Source: a virus (Duplodnaviria > Caudoviricetes). From it: DNA of 64,000 nt. The stretch lies in the IMG/VR virus record IMGVR_UViG_3300029288_000081, positions 107,467 to 171,466 of that record, one strand, 5' to 3'. The first letter of the stretch is position 1, and every line of letters starts with the position of its first letter. A program made the position numbers and the translations under genes. Below are positions 1 to 9,287 of the stretch, piece by piece. The notes under the pieces were generated by a model. The model had not been told where the DNA came from and made no database searches. It saw only the letters and a program-made list of their open reading frames with translations.

Positions 1-775
1 TCACCTCGGGTGCGCTGGTCAGCGGAGACCCGGGAGCCTCGGCGAGGCCCTGGACCAACTCGGCAAGGCCCCACGAGCGCCCTTCCAGCGCCGCGACGGC
101 ATGCTCCCAGTGCCGACCGTCCGGCTCGAACTTGCCCATGGCGACGTTCTTGGGGTCCAAGGGCAGCGTGCCGCCGCTCTTCCTGGCGAGCTTGCCGTTG
201 AGCGGGCTGCCGACGAGGTTGCCGGGCTTGCGGGTGCCGTCGTCGTTCGGGATGGGGTTCAGGTAGTCCTGCGGAGGGATGAGCCTGTCGAAGCTCTGCG
301 GCTCCCCGTCGCTGAGGTCGTCGTCGGGCATGGTCAGGACGCCCGCCTCTTCGAGCCACGTGTTGAACCAGCGGCGAGCCATCCATGCCGGGACCGGCTC
401 GTTGAAGAGCACGCGGACGTGAGCGCCCTTCGCAGATCGCGACAGGTTCACGAAGAGCGGCGCGCCGGTGTCGATGAGGAACTCGACCGTGCGCTTGACG
501 TCGCGCATCCAGTCGACGTGAGGCTTCTTGCCGTCGAAGTCGGCAGCGACCCAGCGCACGTTGGGCGCCTTGTGGTTGCCGAACGGGATGAGCGCGTAGC
601 TGCCGATCTCGATGGTCCCTGCGAGGTGCATCGCGGCATGACCATCAGTGAGCGGCGCGTAGACGGGCCGCCACGACCAGCCGGTGGCCTTGTCGGTCTG
701 CATCGCGAAGACGTCTTCGGCGCCTCGGGTGAGATCGCGGAAGATGCGGATCTTGTCTTCGGGCGACAGGTTCAT
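1..775 (-). CDS. Archaeo-eukaryotic primase (AEP, TOTE-primase-like), truncated by left window edge
   Basis: Not in the ORF track because it has no stop in the window. My translation from ATG at 775 is MNLSPEDKIRIF...WVAADFDGK...NLSRSAKGAHVRVLF...FDRLIPPQD...GNLVGSPL. It has the AEP DxD and SxxGxH motifs, and its ATG overlaps the upstream TGA (ATGA). Confidence 0.85.
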   Translation of the reverse strand, partial: MNLSPEDKIRIFRDLTRGAEDVFAMQTDKATGWSWRPVYAPLTDGHAAMHLAGTIEIGSYALIPFGNHKAPNVRWVAADFDGKKPHVDWMRDVKRTVEFLIDTGAPLFVNLSRSAKGAHVRVLFNEPVPAWMARRWFNTWLEEAGVLTMPDDDLSDGEPQSFDRLIPPQDYLNPIPNDDGTRKPGNLVGSPLNGKLARKSGGTLPLDPKNVAMGKFEPDGRHWEHAVAALEGRSWGLAELVQGLAEAPGSPLTSAPEV

Positions 776-1122
776 GAGATCTCTCCCGCAGCACGGAGGC
801 GTGCCACGTTCCATTCGATCCAGAGCGCGTCGCCCGTGTCGGTCCACTGCCACAGCCACGCGCTTGCGCCGGGGAGCTGCCAGTAGATGCCGATGAAGGT
901 CCAGCCGTCGCGTTCGCGGTTCCATCGCCACGCGCGGCATGTTTCCGTCTGGCCTTCAGAGCGGAGCAGAAGACAGCGCATCGAGCAGAGGCGCCGCAGG
1001 CGAGTAGGATTGATCTGTTCGACCCTCAACGCGTCTTCGGTGCGGACGTAGTCGTCGCATTCGACACACTGAACGAACACACCGAGCCGCCTCATGGCTT
1101 CATCGCGAATGGCCTGGCTCAC
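772..1122 (-). CDS. Hypothetical protein (Cys/Trp-rich)
   Basis: 3' part of ORF 772..1548, with GTGA coupling to the stop of 1119..1733. Confidence 0.6.
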   Translation of the reverse strand: MSQAIRDEAMRRLGVFVQCVECDDYVRTEDALRVEQINPTRLRRLCSMRCLLLRSEGQTETCRAWRWNRERDGWTFIGIYWQLPGASAWLWQWTDTGDALWIEWNVARLRAAGEIS

Positions 1123-1733
1123 GGCTCCTCCAACGAGGGCATCGACGTTCCGCCGCACTTGCCGCCACGCCAGATGATGCCGGTGTCGCTGGGGAGCGTC
1201 GCGAGCTTGTGCGACGCGCACAGGTGCGAGCAGCAGAAGACGATGTCGCTGTTGCCGTCGTCGTAGTCGCTCACACCGTCTGGCGGGTTCGTCATCACGG
1301 AGAACGTCTCGTTCGCATCCCAGACGTAGTCGCGCGAGCACACCGGGCACCGGGCGAACCTCACGCCCAGGCGCTCGGCGGCATGTCGAAGACGATCGGA
1401 CTCCATGGCCGTCTTGCGCACAGCGTCTCCTCGCAGCCGCCCTGGGCTCTTCTTTTCGTACAACGGCTCGCCGCCCCGCTTGCCATCGACCCACACGTAT
1501 CCGTGCGGCAAGGAGTCGACCTTCTCCTTCGCGCACGCGAACGAGCACGCGTACCCCAGCGACGAGAAAGGACCATGACGCAGCTCGCAGCCGTCTTCCT
1601 CGACAGGGCTGTCGACGTCACCGTCCTGTTCGACGGTGAACGCGTGCTGGCCCAGCGCGAACGTCACACCGCACTGGACGCAGTCTCCTGTCGGCACTCC
1701 CAGACGCCGCGCAGCCTCGATCCCCCTGCTCAT
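1119..1733 (-). CDS. Hypothetical protein with CxxC motifs
   Basis: 204-aa ORF in the operon, containing CVQC, CSFAC and CPVC. Confidence 0.65.
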   Translation of the reverse strand: MSRGIEAARRLGVPTGDCVQCGVTFALGQHAFTVEQDGDVDSPVEEDGCELRHGPFSSLGYACSFACAKEKVDSLPHGYVWVDGKRGGEPLYEKKSPGRLRGDAVRKTAMESDRLRHAAERLGVRFARCPVCSRDYVWDANETFSVMTNPPDGVSDYDDGNSDIVFCCSHLCASHKLATLPSDTGIIWRGGKCGGTSMPSLEEP

Positions 1734-1736
1734 GGC

Positions 1737-1847
1737 TCAGCAGGACAGGAAGATGGCGCCAGCGACGAACGCCGCGACGAAGACCGCCATCACCACAGTG
1801 AACACGCCGTACTTCTCGATCCACGGCCGCTTGTCGTAGTTGTCCAT
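1737..1847 (-). CDS. Small single-TM membrane protein
   Basis: MDNYDKRPWIEKYGVFTVVMAVFVAAFVAGAIFLSC with a GGAGG RBS. Confidence 0.5.
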   Translation of the reverse strand: MDNYDKRPWIEKYGVFTVVMAVFVAAFVAGAIFLSC

Positions 1848-1872
1848 GTGTGCCTCCGCTCGTGATGGTAGC

Positions 1873-2532
1873 TCAGCGACCGACGCCCCTCTGGGACCTC
1901 GCTCGCCATGCTGCGAACTGACGCTCCTGCGCCTCGGCAAGGAGCTGCTGCTGCCGAAGCAGCTCGGTGACGGTCATGTCGCCAATCTCGTGACGCATGT
2001 CCCAGAGGATCTGCCCAGCGGCGATGGCGTCGGCGATGGCGTCGTGAGCGTTCGGCAGCGCGATGCCGCGGCGCTCGCAGACCTTGAAGAGCTTGTGTCG
2101 TCCCTCGCCCTTCACGAAGCGATCGACGCTTCGGATCCAGACGAGAGGATCGATCCACCGATGGTACGGATCGAAGATGGGCAACGGGATGTCTCGCACC
2201 TGGGTCTGCATCATCTCGGACCAGAACATCCGCTTGTCGAAGGACTCGTTGTAGGCGGCCGGGTGTGCGCCGCGCGACATGGACACGATCTTCGGCAAGA
2301 CCGCGTTCCACGGAGGAGCGTCTGCGATGTCGACCGTGCGGATGCCGTGGATCTCGGTTGCCTGCTGTGGGATCTCGATGCCGGCCCACACGAGGGTCCC
2401 CCACGCATCGACGAGCTTGCCCTGGTCGAAGCGAGCGAGGCCGAGCTGCACGACGCGATCGTGCGCTTCGAGCCCCGTCGTCTCCACGTCGAGGATCAGA
2501 ACGGGACTCTCGTACCAGATGTCGTAGCTCAT
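1873..2532 (-). CDS. DEDDh 3'-5' exonuclease (DnaQ/Pol III epsilon-like)
   Basis: Exo I-III motifs LDVETTG, AYNESFD and HDAIADA. Confidence 0.92.
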   Translation of the reverse strand: MSYDIWYESPVLILDVETTGLEAHDRVVQLGLARFDQGKLVDAWGTLVWAGIEIPQQATEIHGIRTVDIADAPPWNAVLPKIVSMSRGAHPAAYNESFDKRMFWSEMMQTQVRDIPLPIFDPYHRWIDPLVWIRSVDRFVKGEGRHKLFKVCERRGIALPNAHDAIADAIAAGQILWDMRHEIGDMTVTELLRQQQLLAEAQERQFAAWRARSQRGVGR

Positions 2533-2888
2533 CGAGACGCTCGCTTGATGCCAAGCGACCTTTTGGGGCGCATGGGCACCATGTATGTCTTGCTGATCTG
2601 TTCCGCCAGAACACGCACATCGTGCGCAACGAGATGCGCGCTAGCGGCGCCCATCAACTCGTCACGCGACCTTGCGACAACCTCGTAAGTCCGCGAGACG
2701 GACACTCCATGGACACGAGCTACCGACGAAATCGACATGCGGTGCACGTATCGCTGCTCGAACATCTCGCGCGCCTGGTCTCCTCCGCGTGTGCGGTAGG
2801 GAGACGAGAGCCAGTCGCCGAAGCTGTCCAGCAGCCATCGCGCGTGCTGTGGCGCCAGATCCAACGTCTCGAATGACGGAATCTTCAT
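2529..2888 (-). CDS. HTH protein (sigma70 region 4-like)
   Basis: MKIPSFE...REMFEQRYVHRMSISSVARVHGVSVSRTYEVV, ATGA-coupled to the helicase. Confidence 0.6.
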   Translation of the reverse strand: MKIPSFETLDLAPQHARWLLDSFGDWLSSPYRTRGGDQAREMFEQRYVHRMSISSVARVHGVSVSRTYEVVARSRDELMGAASAHLVAHDVRVLAEQISKTYMVPMRPKRSLGIKRASR

Positions 2889-5800
2889 GCCCCAGTCGCC
2901 TTCCTGTGCGTCCAGATGGCTCGCGCTGCCATGCCCTTCGTGAGGTTCTCCCCGACGGGCAGCTTGTGGAACCGGAGGTAGTTGATCTGCTTGACCGTCG
3001 CCGGGACGCGCATCTTCATGTCGCGCTCGACGCGCATGATCGTGATGAGGTCGCTCGCCTCGCCGGCTGTCTCCGGCATCGTGCGTTCCTTCACCCCAGT
3101 CGAGAGCAAGAGGCTGCGCTGCTTCGCGGACACCGGGCGATCTCTCCACCCGGCATCCTTGAGCATCAGCTCCTCCTCGGGGAGGAAGGTGGCCTCGTCG
3201 GTGCCCTCGTCGAGGTCCACGAACGAGGCGACTGGCTGGTCGGTGTCGGCAGGCGCACCGTCGTCGCGCCGAGCGCTGCGCGCCCGGAAGATGCGGTCCA
3301 TCTCCCCCTCGACGAGACCGTAGGCCAGGTCGAACTCGACGGGCTGGCGAACGACCTCGCGCGGGGGCTCGTGCTTGCGGCCGTCCCGCTGGTCGAAGAA
3401 GCGGATGACGGCCATGTGGTGCGCCTTGTCGCTCCACGCGACGAGGTAGTAGCCGATGCGCGGGATCTGCAAGATCCACCCGAGCGTCGTCTCGCGCCAC
3501 TGGTACTGGCTCTTGGGCTTACGCGACCCGAACGTGACTTCGACCGCCTCGCCCACCTTCGCTCCGGTGACCTCGTCATGCTCCACAGGCTCGTCGATGT
3601 CCTCCTGCCCATCGCCGAACCCCTTACCCTCGCCCTTGTACTTGCGCTCGGGGTCGAAGCCGGCCAGCGAGGCGAGCTGCACCGGCCGGTGCTTGGCGCT
3701 GTTGCCGACGCAGTCGATGACCAGGCACTCGGTCTTGCCCGGGTAGAGCCGGAGCCCGCGCCCGAGGCAGTTGCCGACGACGGCCGCCTTGCCGTGGCGG
3801 CGCGTGATGACGGTCCCGGTCGAGGTTTCGACGCACCAGACGCGTTCGTCCGGCGCGCGATCGACCTCGCGCATCGTCAGCTCGGGGCGGCTGCCGTTGA
3901 TGGTGTGGTAGCGCTTGTCCGGTGCGATGTTCAGCTTGGGAAAGCCCTTGCCCCGGCCGCGGTCGTTCACGTGCTCCGACAGATTGCACCGCATACCACG
4001 CGTCAAGCAGAGCGCCTGGAACATATCGTGAAGCCCGGTGCCCGGCTTCTGGTAGATGCTCCAGGTCTGCGGTTCCCAGTCGATCGACGCGCTTTCCTGC
4101 CGTGCCCCATCGCCCTTGTTGAACGCTTCGAGGAAGATCCGCCACTGGCGCGCCGACAGCTCGTGAAACGCCGCCGTCGGCTTCTTGGTGCCGTCGCGGC
4201 TGATCCAGCGGTCGAGATACTTCCAACCACGCTTGTCTTTGTGCGTTCCGCGAGGCGTGCCGTACGACACGTACCACGTGAACATCTCGTGGTTCTTCTT
4301 GAACTCGGTATCGCACTTCTTGTGCTGACGGCCGAACTTGAGGCCACACTCGCGAAGAGAGCGTTCGATCGCCTTCACAAAGCGAGAACGGACGCCTTGG
4401 TAGAGCACGAGCGCGTTGTTTGCGCGGTTCCATGACCCTTCGGCGTACCACCAGCCGAGCAAGGTCAAGTCGGCATCGCTGATGCCAGGACAGTCCTGCG
4501 CGTCCTCGGGCTCAGCCACGGAAACGATGGCCGTGAAACACTTCGGCATCTGCGATGCCACGGTCCACATCGGCTTCTTGTTGCGCCGCTGCTTGTAGAT
4601 CATCCGATGGTTGCCGGTGACGCGGATGTCGATACCCGGCAGCTTGAGCGCGTACATCTTCTCGCGCTCGTGCATAGGGCGATCGACGCGTGACAGGATC
4701 GGCGACCAGACGCAGCGCTCGGTGTCCGGATCCATCGTCGCGACGATGTCATCGTCGTGGACGGTCTGCGGGCCCACCCATCCTCGCTTCGTCAGGATCT
4801 CGGTCTGGTAGTCGAGGCACTGGATGTAGAGCCCCTGCGACTGCGTGGGCCGAGCGAAGACGATGCCCTCTGCGCTCGGGTCGTCGTAGCCTTCACTCAA
4901 GACGTTGCAGTTCACGAGCAGCTTGACCTCGCCCTCGCGGAAGCGACGCAGCGCCTCGTGCCGGTCCTTCTTCTTCATGCTGCCGTCGAGGGCGACCGCA
5001 TGGTGCCCGGCGTCGTTGAATTCCTGCGCGAGCGCGTGTGAATGGGCCACGTCGCAGGCGAACACGATGCACTTGCGGTCGTGACCGTAGGCGCGCCACG
5101 CCTCGACGACCGCACGGTTCACGTGCGGCGTGTTCATCAGCTTGGACAGCTGGGTGACGACGTAGTCCCCGTCGCCGGTGTCCACCTTGTCGAGGTCGAT
5201 GTCGATGTCGACCCGGAACCCGTGAGGCGGCACGAGCCAGCCGTCGCGGATCATCTCGAAGGCGTTCTTCTCGTACGCGACGACGTCGAAGACTCGGTCG
5301 AGCGCGATACCGTCTGCGCGCCCCGGGGTTGCGGTCATGCCCATGAGCAGCATGTCCGGGTTCGCCTCGCGCAACGCCTGGATCACGCTCATGTACTGCG
5401 CACCGACGGCGTGGTGAGCCTCGTCGATGATGACCAGCCGGAAGGAGCCGCTCGCGATGAGCGCCTTGAGCTTGTTCTTGCTGCGGTGCCCGATCGTCTG
5501 GATGGATGCGACTGTGATCTCGCGCCCCAGCTCGTTGTGCTTCTGCTGTACGAGGCCCACCCGTGTCATCGGGCTGACGAGCCTGACCTTGTCCATCGTC
5601 TGCGTGAGCAGCTCCTCACGGTGCGCGATGAAGAGGCACCTGCCGCCCGAGCCCTTGAACACGCGCGCCATGATCTCGGACGAGATGATGGTCTTGCCCG
5701 CCGCCGTGGGGAGAACAAGCAACGGAGCCTTCGCGCCGCGTGCCCACGCGTCGTGAACGGCGTCGATCGCTTCGAGCTGGTAGTCGCGGAGCTTGACGGT

Positions 5801-6022
5801 CGTGCCGCCTCCGCTGCTGGCCATCGGCACTTCGACGACGTGAGCCTCGGCGGTCTGCTCGGCGAGCGGCAGGACGGCGCCGGGCGCCGCGCCGACGACG
5901 AGAGAGTGGAGCCGCAGGTTCGTGCCGGGCTGCAACGTCCACGTGCTTGGGTCACGATCGCGGGCGATCATGTCGGGCACGACGATGCTGTCGGGCATGG
6001 GAACGAACGGCATCGAGATCAC
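2885..6022 (-). CDS. SF2 DEAD/DEAH-box helicase (ResIII/Irc3-like) containing an intein
   Basis: LRDYQ, LPTAAGKT, IIDEAHH, GMTATPGR and LSEGYDDP. Motif VI (Q-CLGRGLR) is split by the intein. Confidence 0.93.
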   Translation of the reverse strand: MISMPFVPMPDSIVVPDMIARDRDPSTWTLQPGTNLRLHSLVVGAAPGAVLPLAEQTAEAHVVEVPMASSGGGTTVKLRDYQLEAIDAVHDAWARGAKAPLLVLPTAAGKTIISSEIMARVFKGSGGRCLFIAHREELLTQTMDKVRLVSPMTRVGLVQQKHNELGREITVASIQTIGHRSKNKLKALIASGSFRLVIIDEAHHAVGAQYMSVIQALREANPDMLLMGMTATPGRADGIALDRVFDVVAYEKNAFEMIRDGWLVPPHGFRVDIDIDLDKVDTGDGDYVVTQLSKLMNTPHVNRAVVEAWRAYGHDRKCIVFACDVAHSHALAQEFNDAGHHAVALDGSMKKKDRHEALRRFREGEVKLLVNCNVLSEGYDDPSAEGIVFARPTQSQGLYIQCLDYQTEILTKRGWVGPQTVHDDDIVATMDPDTERCVWSPILSRVDRPMHEREKMYALKLPGIDIRVTGNHRMIYKQRRNKKPMWTVASQMPKCFTAIVSVAEPEDAQDCPGISDADLTLLGWWYAEGSWNRANNALVLYQGVRSRFVKAIERSLRECGLKFGRQHKKCDTEFKKNHEMFTWYVSYGTPRGTHKDKRGWKYLDRWISRDGTKKPTAAFHELSARQWRIFLEAFNKGDGARQESASIDWEPQTWSIYQKPGTGLHDMFQALCLTRGMRCNLSEHVNDRGRGKGFPKLNIAPDKRYHTINGSRPELTMREVDRAPDERVWCVETSTGTVITRRHGKAAVVGNCLGRGLRLYPGKTECLVIDCVGNSAKHRPVQLASLAGFDPERKYKGEGKGFGDGQEDIDEPVEHDEVTGAKVGEAVEVTFGSRKPKSQYQWRETTLGWILQIPRIGYYLVAWSDKAHHMAVIRFFDQRDGRKHEPPREVVRQPVEFDLAYGLVEGEMDRIFRARSARRDDGAPADTDQPVASFVDLDEGTDEATFLPEEELMLKDAGWRDRPVSAKQRSLLLSTGVKERTMPETAGEASDLITIMRVERDMKMRVPATVKQINYLRFHKLPVGENLTKGMAARAIWTHRKATGA
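3770..4819 (-). mobile_element. Intein (350 aa) with LAGLIDADG-type homing endonuclease in helicase motif VI
   Basis: Starts CLDYQTEILTKRGW, has block B VTGNHRM, endonuclease-like LLGWWYAEGS and FLEAFNKGDG, and ends VWCVETSTGTVITRRHGKAAVVGN|C. Confidence 0.9.
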
Positions 6023-6282
6023 TCCGGTTCAGCAGCGGGCTGTGGCTTGCCCCCATAGAACGAGACGTCGTACTGCGGCTCGACGCCGACCAGGAACAGC
6101 TCGCGGCTCTCCGCGTTCCGGACGTACACCTCGATCTCGTTGGGGATGGGATCTCCGGCGAAGGTGCCGCCGTCGTTCCACTCCTGACAAGCATCAGCCG
6201 CCGCGTCTTGGGCATCGAAGGCGTCGATGTCTCGACCGTCGTCTTCGCTGTGATGATCCTTGAGCCAGCACCGGAACATCAT
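6019..6282 (-). CDS. Hypothetical protein
   Basis: 87-aa acidic ORF, translationally coupled on both sides. Confidence 0.65.
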   Translation of the reverse strand: MMFRCWLKDHHSEDDGRDIDAFDAQDAAADACQEWNDGGTFAGDPIPNEIEVYVRNAESRELFLVGVEPQYDVSFYGGKPQPAAEPE

Positions 6283-7115
6283 CGTCGCACCGTGAGGGTG
6301 GCACCGCGCACGAAGTCGGGTTCAGGCGCCCAGAGGTCCCCGTGCCCCGTGAGAGCGATCTCGTCGCAGATGATCGGCTGCGCGAGCATCCGAGACAGGA
6401 AGGCGTTGTCCTTGTTCGCGATGATCAGCTCGAACTGCTTCTTGGTCACCTCGGACCTGAGAGCCTCCTCGTCTGCGTAGATGCCGTCGATGGTTCCGAA
6501 CCGCGTCAGCAGCTTGGCCGCCGTCTTCGCGCCTACGCCAGCGACGCCGGGGATGCCGTCGGAGGTGTCCCCGAGCAGGCCCAGGTAGTCGTAGAGCTGC
6601 GATGGAGCGACGCCGAACTTCTCGACGACGTCGGCCGCGCGGGTCCACTTGTCGCTCATCGGGTTGTAGGCGGAGATGCACTTCTCGTCGTTCACGAGCG
6701 CGAGCAGGTCCTTGTCGTGCGAGACGATGACGTAGCCGACGTCGGGCTCCTGACCAGCCAGCGTGGCGATCAGATCGTCGGCCTCGTACTGCGGCTCGTC
6801 GAACACGTTGACGCTCAGATCCTTGAGCGCGTCGAAGAACCGCGGCATCTGCGCGGTGAAGACGGGCGTGTGCGGCTTCCGCTCGGCCTTGTACTCCGGG
6901 TACATGTCGCAACGCAGAGACGGCTCGGTCGAATCGCACACGACGGCCATGCGGCGGATGCCGCACTTCTCCATCGTGTTGGCCAGCATCACGCAGGCGT
7001 GGTCGATGAACGCGGTGTCCGTTGCGGCGACGGTCGCTGCGCGATCGCCGTAGACGACGTGCATCGCGCGGTGCAGGTACGCGGAGATGTCGATGAGGTA
7101 GATCGGCGAGGTCAC
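6279..7115 (-). CDS. 5'-3' exonuclease / flap endonuclease (PolA N-terminal, T5/T7-like)
   Basis: YLIDISAYLHRA, YPEYKAER, YEADDLIATL, SHDKDL and the H3TH motif LLGDTSDGIPGVAGVGAKTA. Probable start is GTG at 7115. Confidence 0.93.
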   Translation of the reverse strand: MTSPIYLIDISAYLHRAMHVVYGDRAATVAATDTAFIDHACVMLANTMEKCGIRRMAVVCDSTEPSLRCDMYPEYKAERKPHTPVFTAQMPRFFDALKDLSVNVFDEPQYEADDLIATLAGQEPDVGYVIVSHDKDLLALVNDEKCISAYNPMSDKWTRAADVVEKFGVAPSQLYDYLGLLGDTSDGIPGVAGVGAKTAAKLLTRFGTIDGIYADEEALRSEVTKKQFELIIANKDNAFLSRMLAQPIICDEIALTGHGDLWAPEPDFVRGATLTVRR

Positions 7116-7117
7116 GA

Positions 7118-8020
7118 TCAGCCCAACAGCGTCTTGATGACGCGTCCGATCGCTTGCGTCTGCCCTGCTTCGACGGTGCCGTCCATCATCCCGCCGAACG
7201 GGTTCTTGTAGACGTTCGCGGCGCGGTGCGCGTGGAACAGCGTTGCCTCGTTCCGGAGCCACGGCTCGCGGTGTTCGAGGATCAGCTTGGCCGCGAGAAC
7301 CTCTTCCTCGGGCGGCACGCTGTTGTCGTGGAAGTGGACGACGGTGTCGTCGTCGAGATCGAAGCAGATGCGCCCGACCTTCTGCGCGTAGTGGGAGTGC
7401 CGGTGGGCCAGCATGTACCTGTGGCCGCTCAGGCCGCCCTCCACGACGATGAAGCGTTCGCGAGCCCACAGCTCGTGCTCCAACGGCGTGAGGAACGTCT
7501 GGAGCACCTCGGAGGCGCGGTCGATGGCGCCCGGGACGCACTGGGGGCAGCTCGGGGTCGGACGCTTCACCGAGACTGCGGCCGGCTCTTCCTTCGGCGC
7601 CTGGGGCTCTTCGGTCTTCGCGGGGATGATGGCGTCGGGCGAGAGAGCTTCGTCGATCTGAGCGAGGTCGGCGGTCTCGTACACGCGGACCTCGCCGCCC
7701 GTCGAGGTGACGGCGGTGATGGTGCGGTCCGCGGGACGGATGCGCGTGTAGAGCAGCTTGCCGGCGGAGGCGACGCTGGTGGAGAGGAGGATCTCCTGAC
7801 GCCGCTTGCCATCGATCTCGTCGAGAACGATCTTCGAGATCGGCGTCCACTTGTTCGCGCGAGCGTCCGCGAGGAACGCTTCGAGCAGCGTGGTCTCGTG
7901 CGTCGTCGGGTCGACGATTTCGAGGACACACGCTGAGTCGTCGGCCTGCTCGCGGTAGCTGCTGTTGTCGACCGCGATGATGCGGAAGTCGCCGTTGTAC
8001 TGCGGGAAGAACCACCTCAT
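7118..8020 (-). CDS. Hypothetical protein
   Basis: MRWFFPQYNGDF... with ATGA coupling and globular composition. Confidence 0.7.
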   Translation of the reverse strand: MRWFFPQYNGDFRIIAVDNSSYREQADDSACVLEIVDPTTHETTLLEAFLADARANKWTPISKIVLDEIDGKRRQEILLSTSVASAGKLLYTRIRPADRTITAVTSTGGEVRVYETADLAQIDEALSPDAIIPAKTEEPQAPKEEPAAVSVKRPTPSCPQCVPGAIDRASEVLQTFLTPLEHELWARERFIVVEGGLSGHRYMLAHRHSHYAQKVGRICFDLDDDTVVHFHDNSVPPEEEVLAAKLILEHREPWLRNEATLFHAHRAANVYKNPFGGMMDGTVEAGQTQAIGRVIKTLLG

Positions 8021-8796
8021 CGCGCATCCTCCGTCGTGGCCGCGAGGGCCTTCGCCGAGGCTTCGCGGATCTGCGTCTCCAGCATCTGAAGCACGGATTT
8101 CGGCAGCTTCTGCTTCTTCGCCTCGACGAGCGCATGAACGAGTTCGAGCATGGTGGGCGGGAACGGCTTGCGTGCCTCCGCCTGGGCTCGCGCCTGGGCT
8201 TCCACAAGGTCCTTGCCGATCTTCGCGGCCTCGGCGATCAGGCTGCGCGACGCGTTGGCGCCGTACGTCTCGATGCTGGGCGCAGGCGCGAGCGACTCGT
8301 CCTCGGTCTCGTAGAGATTGACCCCGCCACCCAGCGAGATCGGGCTGAGCGTCGGGCCGCGCCCGAACCGGTCGCGCACGAGAGCGTCGGGCCGTTCCAG
8401 ACCGAGCATCGCCTGCCCCATCGACGAGCAGAAGCGCTGGAGCCGGTCGAGCGTCTTGGCGGTGATGTCCTGGTCGCAGAACGCGAGGATCTGCGTCTTG
8501 ATCGCCTGCTGGAGCCCGAGGCGAGCGGCCTCGCCCGTGTTCGGCGTCATCGAGAGTGCCGACCCAGGGATCGCCGGGCCATGCTTGAAGTAGTCGTCGA
8601 TGCGACGACGGTGCGGAGACTGAAGGATCCCCTGCCCCGGCCCCTGGTTGACGCAGGGCTGCCCCGGGGTCGCGCCGCACGTGTGACACGCCGCGAACCG
8701 TTCCGACGCGTGCGGCAGTCCCGCGTCGAGCGCGGAGTCGATGCGGCGCCGTTCCTCCGCCACATCGATCTCCGCCTTCTGTGCCGACGCGGCCAT
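8017..8796 (-). CDS. Phage zinc-finger domain protein
   Basis: CHTCGATPGQPC...PHRRR motif. Confidence 0.65.
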   Translation of the reverse strand: MAASAQKAEIDVAEERRRIDSALDAGLPHASERFAACHTCGATPGQPCVNQGPGQGILQSPHRRRIDDYFKHGPAIPGSALSMTPNTGEAARLGLQQAIKTQILAFCDQDITAKTLDRLQRFCSSMGQAMLGLERPDALVRDRFGRGPTLSPISLGGGVNLYETEDESLAPAPSIETYGANASRSLIAEAAKIGKDLVEAQARAQAEARKPFPPTMLELVHALVEAKKQKLPKSVLQMLETQIREASAKALAATTEDAR

Positions 8797-9284
8797 CAGA
8801 CGAGGTCCTCGTCCTTGATCTCCTCCGTCGTGTCGACCTTCACGACGTTCGTGAAGACCGGGAGCTTGCCGTCCTCGTCGACCTGGGTGCCGTTCCGGTG
8901 GCGGACGGTGACCTTGACGGTCTTGGTCAGGAGGTGGTCCGTGTTGAAGCCGTCGTCCGTGTACGGGACGCCGGCCGCGTCGAGGAGCATGCGCAGCTCC
9001 CAGCGACGCTGGGCGTTCAGGTCGGGCTTGGCCGGGTCCTTCTCCAGGATGTAGTCCTGGTAGACCCGGCGGCCTGCCTGAGCGGTGTCGCTCGCGTTCT
9101 CGCCGTGCAGGACCTGGAACTCCACCATCACCTTGTCGAGAGGCGGAGTCCCCTTCGTGACGCCCAGGGGGGCCGCCATGATGAGTGCGACGTAGACGCC
9201 GGGCGGGACCGGCTCGCGCTTCGGCGGCTTGGTCGTCGCATCGGGGTCGGTGATCTTGTCGTGATTGACCTTGACTGCGGGCAT
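8796..9284 (-). CDS. Phage single-stranded DNA-binding protein (DUF669-like)
   Basis: PVPPGVYVALI...VEFQVLHG...GRRVYQDY...VKVTVRHR with an acidic C-terminus, next to the putative annealase. Confidence 0.7.
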   Translation of the reverse strand: MPAVKVNHDKITDPDATTKPPKREPVPPGVYVALIMAAPLGVTKGTPPLDKVMVEFQVLHGENASDTAQAGRRVYQDYILEKDPAKPDLNAQRRWELRMLLDAAGVPYTDDGFNTDHLLTKTVKVTVRHRNGTQVDEDGKLPVFTNVVKVDTTEEIKDEDLV

Positions 9285-9287
9285 CGA

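Noticed and set aside
6279-8207. 642-aa DNA polymerase I-like ORF as listed in the track
   Set aside because: Only the last 278 aa form the 5'-3' exonuclease. The upstream part is an off-frame overlap with 7118..8020 and has no polymerase domain. Many other track ORFs were trimmed for the same reason.
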